A stretch of 64,000 nt of DNA from Candidatus Kapaibacterium sp. (lineage in GTDB: Bacteria; Bacteroidota; Ignavibacteria; Kapaibacteriales; UBA2268). Within the stretch, counting starts at the first letter, position 1. Every line of letters begins with the position of its first letter. The notes under the pieces are model-generated. The model was not told where the DNA came from and ran no database searches. It saw only the letters and a list, made by a program, of their open reading frames with translations. The stretch lies in assembly GCA_963665665.1 (NCBI GenBank), contig OY762428.1, forward strand, positions 5,248,001-5,312,000. Reading direction: 5' to 3'. A program made the position numbers and the translations under genes. Below are positions 10,972 to 21,636 of the stretch, piece after piece.

Positions 10972-12219
10972 CTATTGCATATCATTAAGTTTTTCGACAA
11001 CTGTTCCAATTTCTGCCCGGACTTTTTTAAGTTCGGAAACATCTTCACTGTTGGTTTCAACAATTTTTATGAAAGCCTGAATTTCCTTGATCCTTAAAGA
11101 GCAATATTCAATTAAAAGGGCCTGGCGCTTTGCGGATTTTCCTTCCAAATCCTCGACTGATCGGGCAACTTTCAGAGCGTTCTGCCAGTTTAACATCACG
11201 TCATTGCGCAACTTATCCAAATAAATATCTTTGTTCTGATCGGTCAGGTTTGAAGTAACTTCGTCGAATGATTTCAATGCCTTTTCCTGATATTTGTATA
11301 TCTCATCACTGGCTTTGATTAATTCCATTGACGAAGTTTTGGGTATATAGGAAAGTGCTGTAAAAAGAATTGCTGCTGCTGCCAAAGAAACAATAGCTGT
11401 AATTGAATTATTCGGGCCACTCTGAAAATTGAAAAGATCCTTTTTATATACAATCGCCAGAAGAAATCCTGAAACTAAACCGCCAATATGGGCGGCGTTG
11501 TCAATACCTGGGCTGAAACCAAGGCCAAGATTGATAACTATCATCGGCCCGATACTTCTAAGCATATTTTTTCTGAAAACAGGGTTTAACATATCCCTTT
11601 TGAAAATTAAAACCCCAAGCAGGAAGCCGAACATACCGAATACTGCTCCCGAAGCACCGGCACTTACAATGTCCGGATTCCAGTAAAGGCTGAGAATATT
11701 TCCTGCTATACCGCAAATCAAATAAGAACTAAGAAATCTTGCCCTGCCGAGCAGTGGTTCAAGAATTGAGCCGATAAACAGAAGGGCGTACATATTGAAT
11801 CCGATGTGAATTATCCCGATATGAAGGAATGTACTGCTCAGAAGCCGCCAATATTCACCTTCCAGTGTTAACGGGCCATAATCAGCCCCCCAGTCAATCA
11901 ATTGCTGAATTGAAGGGCCCATTATTCCTGCACCCATTGCAAGATTAACAATAAAAACGAGGATATTAACAGCAATTATCCCCTGGGTAATAATTATAAG
12001 TGGATTTGGTTTAAAAAAGGAGTTCCCCGAATCGTCATTTTCGAGTGGAATAGAATCCTCATTCATACCGTTGATAGTTTCGTCTTCGATATTGTAACCG
12101 AATCTTCTGTTTAATTCAATTACTGCGTTATTAACAGTTTCCCTGTCGAATTCAGCCTGGTTCTCCAGGATATTTTCAAGTTCTGATTTCGATAAATTTT
12201 TTAAATGATCGTTATCCAT
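10972..12219 (-). CDS. Rhomboid family intramembrane serine protease
   Basis: EYWRLLSSTFLH, HIGFN, GASGAVFG (catalytic Ser), AHIGG (His); soluble C-terminal helical extension. Confidence 0.93.
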   Translation of the reverse strand: MDNDHLKNLSKSELENILENQAEFDRETVNNAVIELNRRFGYNIEDETINGMNEDSIPLENDDSGNSFFKPNPLIIITQGIIAVNILVFIVNLAMGAGIMGPSIQQLIDWGADYGPLTLEGEYWRLLSSTFLHIGIIHIGFNMYALLFIGSILEPLLGRARFLSSYLICGIAGNILSLYWNPDIVSAGASGAVFGMFGFLLGVLIFKRDMLNPVFRKNMLRSIGPMIVINLGLGFSPGIDNAAHIGGLVSGFLLAIVYKKDLFNFQSGPNNSITAIVSLAAAAILFTALSYIPKTSSMELIKASDEIYKYQEKALKSFDEVTSNLTDQNKDIYLDKLRNDVMLNWQNALKVARSVEDLEGKSAKRQALLIEYCSLRIKEIQAFIKIVETNSEDVSELKKVRAEIGTVVEKLNDMQ

Positions 12220-12308
12220 ATTTTCTCTTTTCAAAGCTTCTTTCCTTAGTAAAAAGAAAATTTACAAAAGGAAAGGTTAATAACAAAAGATAAATGGAAA
12301 ATATGTTT

Positions 12309-14144
12309 TTATTCTTTGATAAATTTCAATTTTAATGGGTTTCCATTCGATGAATAAATAAAATAATATGCTCCGGAAGCTAACACTGAAATGTTTATCT
12401 TATTTCCGTATCCATATCCCTGCAAAACAATCCTGCCGGAATTATCCATTATTTGATAATATCCTTTCAGATCACAGTTCCCAATGTTAATATAATCGGA
12501 AGCCGGGTTGGGGTATAAAAAAGACTGACCTTCTTCAAAATCTTCTACTCCGTTTATAATTTCAGAGAATTCAAGTTCTGACATCAGTATAGGTGAATTA
12601 TCAGCATCATCCCTGAGTTCTATAAATTTTTTAGCATCATCAGTTTCAATATGTCTAAGATGATCTATCCATGCAGGCTTTACGGTTTGGTATAATAACT
12701 CAATTTCAACATCAATTTTTTCTGAATTTCCAATGGGAATCCGGTACATAATATTATCTTCGCCGTAGCTGGTTTGATTTTCATTATTCAAATAATCCGG
12801 GTCGTCTGTTGCTTCTCCGTTCACAAACTGATCAATTGATGAACCGTCCGGAAGTATAAACATATCCGGAAGCAAACGGTTATCTTTACTGTTTCTGGCA
12901 GCCCTGAGTAGAGTGTAGGTCATTTCACCGTTCACATCAACCGGAACAGCCTCGTATATTTGTATCTCGTCAGGACTGCTGATTTCCTGATAGTGAGGGT
13001 GGAATTTTTCTCCGCTGAATAATTCGCCATCGTCATTATAATCACCGGACTCGAATAAAATATTCTGTTGTCCATCCTTAACTTTTACGTGGAGCCACAT
13101 TCTCCTTAAAGGAATACCTGTTGGCAGCTTATGTCCGGTCAGGTTTTTAATATTGATATTAAGCAGTAAAGTTCCATTTTCGATTTCATGTGTTTGAGTG
13201 ATATTTTCCGAAAGGCTGAAATTTTCATTTACAAGATCAAGAGTTGAATTAAATTGAGTTGTATCCGCTCCAAGATTAAGGTTATCGGTATTTGCTTTTA
13301 ATATATTCAGCATCCAGGAGTTTCCTCCAACGAATTCATGCTTAAAGAAGGGGCTTCTTTTTGTATCAAGCCATCCCGGCCTGCTGGCAATTATCTGCCC
13401 TTCATCTGCTGCTTTCATGTGGCATGCCTGACACGATCTGTCCTCACGTGCATGGGAACTGTGAATCCATTCAAGATAAGGTGCCTGCTCGGTATATGTG
13501 CCTGCTATTTCACCGGCATCATCAAAATAAGGGGTAATCAGAGTATGGCAGGTAGCACATAGGGCGGATTCGCTAACATGTTCTGAATGAACCGGAGTAT
13601 AGTTTGTACTGCCTTGCATTTGTTGAGTCAGAGGATTTTCATAAGGCCCGAATATCTCTTTATTTTCACCAATAATATAAGATCCTGTATAGCTTTCTGC
13701 CTGGCCGAAATTATCACTTTTTATCTGATGACATAATGTACAACTTACTCCGTCCAAAGCCATATGTGATTCCTTAATTTGAGAAAGCGTAAAATGCTCT
13801 TCACCGTTTTTATCTGATTGATACCAGCCCATTGGTGCATGACACCTGGCGCACGTGCTTTCAATCAATTCGGCAGCATGAGGAAAATGGTCTGATTCCT
13901 CGGACACAACAGCCCTCCATAGTGGATCCTTTGATGAATTAGCCATCATTGTACTTCGCCACATATTAACCGGCGAAATATCTCTTTCTCCTGCCATCAT
14001 TATGGTACCATTTGAAGCATGACAAACTTCGCAATTTCCGGATCCGGAAAATGTTTCACTGGTTTCAGTCGGAAGGGGAATAATAAAAAAAGTAAAACCA
14101 CAGGCAAAAATCAGAATTGTTATTAAACCCGATAGTAATTTCAT
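12309..14144 (-). CDS. Secreted pentaheme c-type cytochrome with T9SS type A sorting domain
   Basis: Five CxxCH (CEVCH, CARCH, CTLCH, CATCH, CQACH), GHKLPTG, signal peptide, C-terminal YPNPASDYINI...LASGAYY...FIK. Confidence 0.88.
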   Translation of the reverse strand: MKLLSGLITILIFACGFTFFIIPLPTETSETFSGSGNCEVCHASNGTIMMAGERDISPVNMWRSTMMANSSKDPLWRAVVSEESDHFPHAAELIESTCARCHAPMGWYQSDKNGEEHFTLSQIKESHMALDGVSCTLCHQIKSDNFGQAESYTGSYIIGENKEIFGPYENPLTQQMQGSTNYTPVHSEHVSESALCATCHTLITPYFDDAGEIAGTYTEQAPYLEWIHSSHAREDRSCQACHMKAADEGQIIASRPGWLDTKRSPFFKHEFVGGNSWMLNILKANTDNLNLGADTTQFNSTLDLVNENFSLSENITQTHEIENGTLLLNINIKNLTGHKLPTGIPLRRMWLHVKVKDGQQNILFESGDYNDDGELFSGEKFHPHYQEISSPDEIQIYEAVPVDVNGEMTYTLLRAARNSKDNRLLPDMFILPDGSSIDQFVNGEATDDPDYLNNENQTSYGEDNIMYRIPIGNSEKIDVEIELLYQTVKPAWIDHLRHIETDDAKKFIELRDDADNSPILMSELEFSEIINGVEDFEEGQSFLYPNPASDYINIGNCDLKGYYQIMDNSGRIVLQGYGYGNKINISVLASGAYYFIYSSNGNPLKLKFIKE

Positions 14145-14223
14145 GATGAACTCCTATAAATTTCTGACAATATGACTATATAGTAAAATAATGATTGAAA
14201 ATCAAATTATAATCTGATTATGT

Positions 14224-14250
14224 AAAAAAAAAGCCCCGTATCTACGGGGC
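14224..14250 (-). terminator. Intrinsic terminator after the HTH gene
   Basis: GCCCCGTA-TC-TACGGGGC with an A tract on the plus strand (T tract on minus). Confidence 0.75.
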
Positions 14251-14359
14251 CAAAGTATGAGTCTCAATTATAAAATTATTTTATTACTTTTAATATAATT
14301 ATAATACAATCTGGCAATTATTATAAAATCATCAAGTTTATTAAAATTTAACAGGAAAA

Positions 14360-14575
14360 TCAGAATTCTTCTTCCCAGTCACTTTGTATGAGTTCGAAAA
14401 TTTCATTTACCGGCTTTTCGAATATTTCTGATATTTTCAGCGCAAGGACAGTTGAAGGCACATACCTGTTATTCTCGATTGAGTTAATGGTTTGCCTGGA
14501 AACCCCGATCTTTTTGGCCAGGGTTTCCTGAGTCATGTCTTTAAGGGCCCTCTCTATTTTTATGGAGTTTTTCAT
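14360..14575 (-). CDS. XRE-family helix-turn-helix transcriptional regulator
   Basis: MTQETLAKKIGVSRQTINSIENNRYVPS. Confidence 0.93.
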   Translation of the reverse strand: MKNSIKIERALKDMTQETLAKKIGVSRQTINSIENNRYVPSTVLALKISEIFEKPVNEIFELIQSDWEEEF

Positions 14576-14970
14576 TACCTTCTTTTCTTAAGTGAATAGA
14601 AAATAAAAAAGTAATAAATCATCATTGTGAGCAAGAGGCCGTCAGCTTCTTTTGTAATTCTGAAGTCACCGTCAAAGAGAAGATTAATATAAGGGTCTAC
14701 AATTACCAGGCTAACTCCTAAAATAAAGGTAGAGGCTATAGCTTTAAGCCTCAGTTTCATGGTTAATTCATCTTCTTCTTTATCTCTGGATAGGCTCAGG
14801 GCTAATAGGCAGACAAGTAAAACATTCATAACTATTTGTCCCAGGAAGTCGTGATCAGTCAGGACACCGAAACCGTCAAATATTACTATAATAAATGCTA
14901 TAGCCATTACAATAATAAAATACTTTTTGTATTGATACGGAAACAATCGAAGTTCATTTTCTACATTCAT
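14575..14970 (-). CDS. Small membrane protein coupled to the XRE regulator
   Basis: Four hydrophobic segments, EEDE-x4-LR motif, 1-nt overlap with the HTH gene. Confidence 0.8.
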   Translation of the reverse strand: MNVENELRLFPYQYKKYFIIVMAIAFIIVIFDGFGVLTDHDFLGQIVMNVLLVCLLALSLSRDKEEDELTMKLRLKAIASTFILGVSLVIVDPYINLLFDGDFRITKEADGLLLTMMIYYFFIFYSLKKRR

Positions 14971-15202
14971 ACTTAATTAAATAATGTAAAACATATTTGA
15001 CTATATGGCAAATATACTTTACATATTTATCTTTTCCAATAAATAATTCTACTGATTATCAAATTATTAATAGATATATGTGAAAAATATTACAAATAAA
15101 TGAAAAATATGTCATATTAATTTGGTGATATTAATATTTTTTAATATATTATATCAAGAACATAAGATAATGGTGTGTTTCAGTAAAGCAAGGAGATTTG
15201 AT

Positions 15203-15661
15203 ATGAACAGAATTTTGGTACTTTTTCTTATGATTGCAATCGGTGGGATGTTTTCATCTTGTGATAACCTTCCTAACGATCCGGGAGATGATTCTTATCA
15301 ACCTATTGTAATTGACGATGGCGGCGGCGGTGACATAGGAGATACTGGCGACACTGGAGGTACTGACGACACTAACGATGATAATAATTCCGAGAATGAT
15401 TATATTGTTGTTTTTACAAAAGACGGGCCTGTTGAGACAGACATTCCAAATTACCTTGTTGACGAAGAAACAGGTAAAACTCTTCAGGATTACATCCTTG
15501 AGTGCTGGGAAGATTCTCATAGGAATAATAAGTATAACCATGGTACTTATGTAAGTTGCATTGCTCATCTTACCCGCGATATGGTCAGGGCCGGAATAAT
15601 TACAGGTGCTGAAAAAGGTGTTATTGATGCACTTGCAGCCAGGTCTGAAGAAGGAAAATAA
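15203..15661 (+). CDS. Lipoprotein with D/G-rich linker and NHGxYVSC C-terminal module
   Basis: AGGAG RBS, lipobox FSSC, acidic low-complexity linker, NHGTYVSCIAH...GIITGAEKG. Confidence 0.8.
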   Translation: MNRILVLFLMIAIGGMFSSCDNLPNDPGDDSYQPIVIDDGGGGDIGDTGDTGGTDDTNDDNNSENDYIVVFTKDGPVETDIPNYLVDEETGKTLQDYILECWEDSHRNNKYNHGTYVSCIAHLTRDMVRAGIITGAEKGVIDALAARSEEGK

Positions 15662-15684
15662 TTTTTCCGAAAATATTTTAATCG

Positions 15685-15710
15685 AGGCTCCTTTTTCAGG
15701 AGCCTTTTTT
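15685..15710 (+). terminator. Intrinsic terminator
   Basis: AGGCTCCT-TTTTC-AGGAGCCT followed by T tract. Confidence 0.8.
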
Positions 15711-15815
15711 ATTTCAGTAATTCTTTGATTAAAGTTATCTGCAAACAATAATAAATACTTTCTAATCGTGTTTAATTAAAGGGCTTATTATATAATTTCT
15801 CCGGAGGTCGCCTCT

Positions 15816-16358
15816 ATGAAAACCACAATTAGAGAATTGATGATACCAATTGACAGCTATGCTTCTGTTAATGAAGATGCAACACTTCTTGATTCTGTCA
15901 GGGCGCTGGAACTGTCAAATTCCAAACCCTCTGAAAACGGGCCTTTCAGAGCTGTAATTGTTCGGGATAAAAATAATGAGATAATCGGAAAGATCGGCCA
16001 AATAGGAATGCTAAAAGCATTTGAACCCAAATACGAACTTGCTGAGGAAGAAATTGCACGTCTTGCCACCATAGATTTCGATCATTTGATAATTCAGTCC
16101 ATTATGCAGAAACATAAATTATGGGATGAAGGATTCAAAGAGAGCCTGGAACGTGCCGGAAAAATAAGGGTTAAGGATGTTATGAACTCTTTGAGCGATT
16201 CAATTAACATCAATGCCAAGCTGGTGGAAGCTATTCATAAACTTATAAGTTTGAATGTACTGGCTTTATTTGTAAAGGAAAAAGGAAACTTAGTCGGGAT
16301 AATCAGGTTGTTTGACATATATGATGCAATGGTTGCCGGTACAAACGAGATTATTTGA
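15816..16358 (+). CDS. CBS domain protein
   Basis: IRELMIP, VNEDATL, VKDVM, LVGII CBS-pair signatures; GGAGG RBS. Confidence 0.85.
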   Translation: MKTTIRELMIPIDSYASVNEDATLLDSVRALELSNSKPSENGPFRAVIVRDKNNEIIGKIGQIGMLKAFEPKYELAEEEIARLATIDFDHLIIQSIMQKHKLWDEGFKESLERAGKIRVKDVMNSLSDSININAKLVEAIHKLISLNVLALFVKEKGNLVGIIRLFDIYDAMVAGTNEII

Positions 16359-16448
16359 ACCAAATCCTGGCAGTAATAGCTTAAAAAATATACCGGTTAG
16401 CCGCAGAAAACTTTTCCATAGTATGCTTTGGGGGGCTTGCCTGTGATT

Positions 16449-17159
16449 TTACTGTAGCTCATCAAACGGTATATCCATTAATTTGAAATTTTCCCATCCC
16501 TGGTAATCATAGTGCCACCATTCAGTGGGGTAAACAGTGAAGCCATGTCTTTTCATAATATCAATCAGGAATTCTCTGTTTGCTTTAACTGAATCCGGAA
16601 TATCCTCGTAATATGGCCCGGCTTTTTCTGAGAAATCGTCAAATTCGGTCGGCATAGGTATTTCTTTTCCATTTTCCAAATAAGCCAGGCTAATATCCAC
16701 AGCACAGCCGCGATTATGTCGGGAACCATACCATGGCGCAGCTACGAAATTTGTATCCGGGTAAACCTCATAAAATTTCAATGTAGCAGCGTAGGGGCGG
16801 TAAGCATCATAAATAATTAGTGCCAGTCCTGAGTCAAGAAGTTCCTCCTGAATACTTCCAAGGGCTTTAACAACAGGCTTACGGGCGAATGCTTTTGGAG
16901 CAGTATAAACCACATTACCTGTAAAATTTTTATCTGTTGCGTAGCGAATATCAAGAATTACATCGTCGATTATTTCAATATCAATAAGCTCATTGTCGGA
17001 ATTTTCATTTACTGTTTGTAAATATTCCTCGTAACTGCATATTAAATCAAGATTGTAAGGGTTATTGCATTCGTTCTTGTTTTCATCCTCTGAACAGGAA
17101 AATAAAAGAAATGGAATAAAGAAAGAAAGAAGAGTGGCTGATTTTTTTAAATAATTCAT
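16449..17159 (-). CDS. ddpX: D-Ala-D-Ala dipeptidase (VanX/DdpX, M15D), probable lipoprotein
   Basis: DIRYAT, YDAYRP, SRHNRGCAVD, EWWHY; lipobox LFSC. Confidence 0.9.
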   Translation of the reverse strand: MNYLKKSATLLSFFIPFLLFSCSEDENKNECNNPYNLDLICSYEEYLQTVNENSDNELIDIEIIDDVILDIRYATDKNFTGNVVYTAPKAFARKPVVKALGSIQEELLDSGLALIIYDAYRPYAATLKFYEVYPDTNFVAAPWYGSRHNRGCAVDISLAYLENGKEIPMPTEFDDFSEKAGPYYEDIPDSVKANREFLIDIMKRHGFTVYPTEWWHYDYQGWENFKLMDIPFDELQ

Positions 17160-17302
17160 TTTCAATTGTTTATTAATTATAAAAACACTATCTGTCAAAG
17201 TTTTAATTTCTTTTTTCATATTTTTCAATTTACTAATAAAGTATACTCCGCACCAATACAAATAATTGATTTAACAAATGATCAAAATATACTTGTAAAA
17301 AT

Positions 17303-17336
17303 GTCATTCTGAAAGAGCCAAGTGACTGAAGAATCC
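17303..17336. repeat. Isolated degenerate GTCATTCTG...GAAGAATCC REP-like unit
   Basis: Same family as the units at 46715, 48318, 59677 and 59910. Confidence 0.55.
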
Positions 17337-17387
17337 ACTTTCATTGCAGAAAATATTGAAGTACTAATTCTTTAAAACTCTCATTTT

Positions 17388-17423
17388 AATCTCTATCCCA
17401 AGCCTCGCTTGAGATAGAGATTT
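17388..17423 (-). terminator. Stem-loop downstream of the OmpA gene
   Basis: AATCTCTATCCCAAG...CTTGAGATAGAGATT inverted repeat. Confidence 0.55.
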
Positions 17424-17471
17424 CAATAAAAGTTTTATTTATTAGAATTATGCTATTCATTCAAAATAAAT

Positions 17472-19436
17472 CTATTCATAAATTGTTTCAACAATAACAT
17501 TTACAGTACGGCAATAGAAACGGCCTTCAGGAAGATCGTTATTGAACAGCAGATTTTCTTCGCCCATACCTACTGCTTCCACATTTTTTAGTCCAAGGGC
17601 ATCCTTGACGCTTCCCGCTCTGCGTGCTGAAAGAGACTGATTGCCTTCCTCGCTGCCTATCCTGTCCGTGTGTCCTGTGATTGTCACTTTGGAATTCGGT
17701 GCAATTCCGCCTTTAATAATATCTACTATTTTGCTGTTGTTTTTCCCGAGTTTTGCCGTGTTGAAATCAAACAGTATAAGGCTGTATTTCTGTATTTCCC
17801 GGTCGCGAATTTTCTCGCTGCGTTTTTTCTGTACAGTGATTACCTCAACAGGAATAGATTTTGTTTCAGATTCAACAATCGAATTCCTGTCATCCTTAAC
17901 AGAGATAGAGTAATCAAGAGTATTGGCATATATTGGTGTGTTTTCTGATAAATGCCAGTCGTAGGATTCATCCGGATCATCATTACCATTGAAGGCTTTC
18001 AATTGTTTTGACCTCTGGATTGCTTTAATATTCCATGCGGCTATATCTTCGTCGGAATCAACTTCAGGATAAAATCTGAGAATTTCGGGATTTGTTTCTC
18101 TGAGTGTATCGAAAGCCATTACGGGTTTGATTATTTCCCAGTTATCCGAGTAAATTTCAACTCTTCGGTTTTCAGTCAGGCCGTCTTCTTCTTTTATATT
18201 CGATGGTGTTGCAGGCAGGTTACGGTTCTTGGCCGTTATCCGTGAAGGACTGATCTTCCATGTATCAACAAGATATTTCTTCACAGCGTCCGAACGATTT
18301 GCTGATAATTGCTTATTTCCTTTTTCACTTTCATCATTGTCGTTGCAACCTGTAAGTACGATTTTAGCATCAGGATTTTCAATCATCCTACGTGCAATAA
18401 TATTTAAAACATTGTAATAAATGTACATGGTTTCCTGCCCGTACATATTCTCCTCCTGGAAATCACCGGTTTTATTTGTATTAAGCAATTCGTATCTGTC
18501 CGGGATTTCAGATGAGTTTTTATCAAAGAAAACATAAGTCAGGAGAGGGTGGAGCTGCATGGATGAAAATTCTTCTATTACAATTTTTGCAGCAGGGTTT
18601 TCATTTCCTTCCTTATCAATTCCATAGGCGCGGATATCAGCGTCCAGACGAGATTCACCCGGAGCTGCATGTTTTGATTTAGAAGGCGAGTATTTCAAAG
18701 CCAGGCCGATATTCAGTGTATTTACTTTCCAGTCAACATCCTCCATAAGATTGTTCAGCCCGAGATAATACCTGAGTTCCGGCGCCAGGATAAAAGTGTT
18801 TCGTTTATTCAGAGGTAATTCATAGCTAAGCCCTGCAAAACCGAAGAGGTGAATGGAAGAAGCTCCGTCAATCTCAGAGGACCATTCGTTTCGAACACGG
18901 CTTCGCGTATCGTTGCCGTCTTCATCCATGAATGTACCACCCTCGAAAGGGTTGGAAATTTTCTCTGCGCCATCGGCTTCCATTGTCATTTTAAATCCAG
19001 CCCTGAGTCCTCCACTAATAAATAATTGCTTGGTAAGGCCATAGCTCAGGTAGGCTTCAAGTCCGATATTGTCGATGGTAGCGTCAATAGAATGTTCGAA
19101 CTCCCCTTCGATTATTTCACCGTAAGCAAACATCATTGTTTTTTCGGTTTTTGTCAATTCTCCGTTCAGCGAAGAATAACCAGCCCTGAAACCGAGTAAT
19201 AATCTTTTAGCAATCGGCATTTCGTATAATAACCCTATTGCAATGCCGCTACCCGAACCTTCGTCAAATATCGGGCAGCAAGTCGGATAATCAGGCAGGC
19301 TGTTAAAATCCGGTGAGTGCATATTAATTTGGTAATGGCCATAAATACCGTATCTGGTATTTAGTTTTTCCTGAGAAAATGATAAACATTGAATGAATAT
19401 CAGAATAAACGGAATTATTACTATTATCTTTTTCAT
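17472..19436 (-). CDS. OmpA-family outer membrane protein (N-terminal beta-barrel plus two OmpA-like domains)
   Basis: Signal peptide; NKQLSANRS...ENRRVEI and TGHTDRIG...NQSLSARRA...RTV motifs. Confidence 0.9.
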   Translation of the reverse strand: MKKIIVIIPFILIFIQCLSFSQEKLNTRYGIYGHYQINMHSPDFNSLPDYPTCCPIFDEGSGSGIAIGLLYEMPIAKRLLLGFRAGYSSLNGELTKTEKTMMFAYGEIIEGEFEHSIDATIDNIGLEAYLSYGLTKQLFISGGLRAGFKMTMEADGAEKISNPFEGGTFMDEDGNDTRSRVRNEWSSEIDGASSIHLFGFAGLSYELPLNKRNTFILAPELRYYLGLNNLMEDVDWKVNTLNIGLALKYSPSKSKHAAPGESRLDADIRAYGIDKEGNENPAAKIVIEEFSSMQLHPLLTYVFFDKNSSEIPDRYELLNTNKTGDFQEENMYGQETMYIYYNVLNIIARRMIENPDAKIVLTGCNDNDESEKGNKQLSANRSDAVKKYLVDTWKISPSRITAKNRNLPATPSNIKEEDGLTENRRVEIYSDNWEIIKPVMAFDTLRETNPEILRFYPEVDSDEDIAAWNIKAIQRSKQLKAFNGNDDPDESYDWHLSENTPIYANTLDYSISVKDDRNSIVESETKSIPVEVITVQKKRSEKIRDREIQKYSLILFDFNTAKLGKNNSKIVDIIKGGIAPNSKVTITGHTDRIGSEEGNQSLSARRAGSVKDALGLKNVEAVGMGEENLLFNNDLPEGRFYCRTVNVIVETIYE

Positions 19437-19483
19437 ATTAAATTCAATTTATAATTTTATACAAAAGTAAAGTGATCGATCAA

Positions 19484-21373
19484 TTACTTGAAAATCCTGA
19501 GCAGTACGCATTTGCTGACAGTTGGAGTTGTCAGCCTTAATCCATATAAGCCGGAATGCAGGTTTTCTGTGTTATAAGATATTTCAATCAGGCTTTCGCC
19601 GTTGATTGTCCTGTCGAGAATTGTTCCCACAATCCTTCCGGTTATATCAATTATTTGAACTGTTGTCCTGCCGTCTTCGATAAGTTCAATTTCCAAATCA
19701 GCAGTTTCACCTGCCGGGTTCTCATGAAGAATAATATTTGGTTCACCCTCAGGATTAATCAGTCTCTTTCCACCGGCGTTACATACTTCAATACAGGCGC
19801 AGCCACTTGTCAGGTTCAATGTATCAGTATTGTATGAAATTCCGTTTATTGTCAACCCGATGATATCAATTGTAGTGGATTCCTGTTTGCCAAGTCCGGC
19901 GTAAAATTGGATTTCTCCACCCATAATATAACCATTCCCGGAGCTTATTGTTTCCCTCAGAGTAGCAATTCTATATATCCCATCCTCGAAAGATGCCTGA
20001 ATCTTTGTATCATCAGGATAAAGAATAAAACGATCGAACTGAATCTGCGCTTCCACAATACCGCTCATATTTCCGCTTTTAAGTATCTCGTCGGAATATT
20101 CGATTGTGTATGGAATTGATACTTTATTACCCGGTACGGTACAGTTTATCATATCACATTCAAAACCCATTTCGGGATTCAGCCCTACAACGTCGCTTGT
20201 ATCGGGGTCGGGATCGGTATTGCTGGTATCGGAACTGACCGGAACTGCCCAGGCTCTGGCCGGCAGTCCTTTCAATGAGAGTTTACCTTCCAGATAAACG
20301 GCATCTTCTGCAAAATTACATGCTGTTCCTGCTGCATTTGGATTATCTATTCTATGAAGAAAATCATGCTTGTGGCTTGCAACATAAATTTTATCGTCAG
20401 GCCCGAGCATAAGGGCAGAGTAATGATCCATGTTCTCGTTACCCTCAACTTCTGCGAGTGTTATCCTTGAATCATTGATTGCATCTTCACTGCCAAGGCT
20501 TAGGTCATACTGGAAAACTCTTGAAGGAGCTCTTCCTCTTTTGCTGCAATATAGTTTGCTTCCATCTGGCGAGAATTCAACACCGTAAGCATATTGTCCG
20601 AATCCGTCCAATGGATTTAAGACTATAAGATTATCAAATTCCCCAGTACTACTATTGAAATCATAAACTAAAACAATTCCTGCAAAATACATTGCCATTG
20701 CCATTTTACTGAAATCACGTGTAAAAGTCATATATCCGGCGCGATTCCAAGTATGATTCAGGTTCAGGTCATATCCCAGCGGGCTGTAAACAGGCTCACC
20801 GATTCCGTTATTGGTTATAGGCCAGGCAATAATTCTGTTCTCAAGGAATTCATGCGTGCAAATCCATTTATCTGTTCCGTTATCATGCTCGGCGATTCCG
20901 ATTTTCTCAGATCCCCTTTCAAGAAGCATTACATTGGCAACATCACTGAAATCTCCAAGGCCGTCTTCGAGTGACATATCTATTACAGAGTATCTTAGGC
21001 CATAAATACATCCGCCCTCCTGTGCTCCTGAGGAGAATAAATAGCACTTGGTACTATCGCCGGGATAAGCACATGGCACACCTTTTTGGGTAGCTGAATT
21101 GTTACTCATAAGGAGATTGCTCAACATTGGTTCGTGATTGCGATTATATACCATCCCGCCGCCAGTATATAAAAGCAGATTCCCGTCAGGGTCGCAAACA
21201 ACTCCGCTTCCTTCTTCAACAATTATTCTGTTATTTGTAATTGCTTTCGGGGGATCGTAGTTAAAGTCCAGGCCTGCATTTTCACCGAAATACCATATCT
21301 TGTTTTCGGTCTGAGCAGGACACAGGTAAACAGTGAATAAAATAATCAGTAGAAAGATTGATTTTTTCATCAT
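19484..21373 (-). CDS. Secreted beta-propeller protein with T9SS-like C-terminal domain
   Basis: WYFGENAGLDF, YGVEFSPDGSKLY, GPDDKIY, C-terminal ENP...DITGR...LHSGLY. Confidence 0.8.
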   Translation of the reverse strand: MMKKSIFLLIILFTVYLCPAQTENKIWYFGENAGLDFNYDPPKAITNNRIIVEEGSGVVCDPDGNLLLYTGGGMVYNRNHEPMLSNLLMSNNSATQKGVPCAYPGDSTKCYLFSSGAQEGGCIYGLRYSVIDMSLEDGLGDFSDVANVMLLERGSEKIGIAEHDNGTDKWICTHEFLENRIIAWPITNNGIGEPVYSPLGYDLNLNHTWNRAGYMTFTRDFSKMAMAMYFAGIVLVYDFNSSTGEFDNLIVLNPLDGFGQYAYGVEFSPDGSKLYCSKRGRAPSRVFQYDLSLGSEDAINDSRITLAEVEGNENMDHYSALMLGPDDKIYVASHKHDFLHRIDNPNAAGTACNFAEDAVYLEGKLSLKGLPARAWAVPVSSDTSNTDPDPDTSDVVGLNPEMGFECDMINCTVPGNKVSIPYTIEYSDEILKSGNMSGIVEAQIQFDRFILYPDDTKIQASFEDGIYRIATLRETISSGNGYIMGGEIQFYAGLGKQESTTIDIIGLTINGISYNTDTLNLTSGCACIEVCNAGGKRLINPEGEPNIILHENPAGETADLEIELIEDGRTTVQIIDITGRIVGTILDRTINGESLIEISYNTENLHSGLYGLRLTTPTVSKCVLLRIFK

Positions 21374-21636
21374 TTCTCCAGGGGTTAGTTAATCATATAA
21401 TTAATTTCAAAATTTTTTCTATTTCCTATAAATATTATAGAAATATATAATATTTTCAGGAATAATAAAAATCTAAATTCAATAAAATCAATATGATTGA
21501 TTAGCAATATATCTGTGGTTTTTGTTTCAATGATAGAAAGAAGCCCAAAAAGCGGAGGGGTATTATTATATTAAAGCAGAGTGGCAAACAGATGAAAATA
21601 GTGATGATAAGGCAGTTTAAACATAATAATAATCCA

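Noticed and set aside
16449-17261. Vancomycin resistance cluster
   Set aside because: Only a VanX/DdpX-like dipeptidase; no vanH, vanA, vanR or vanS
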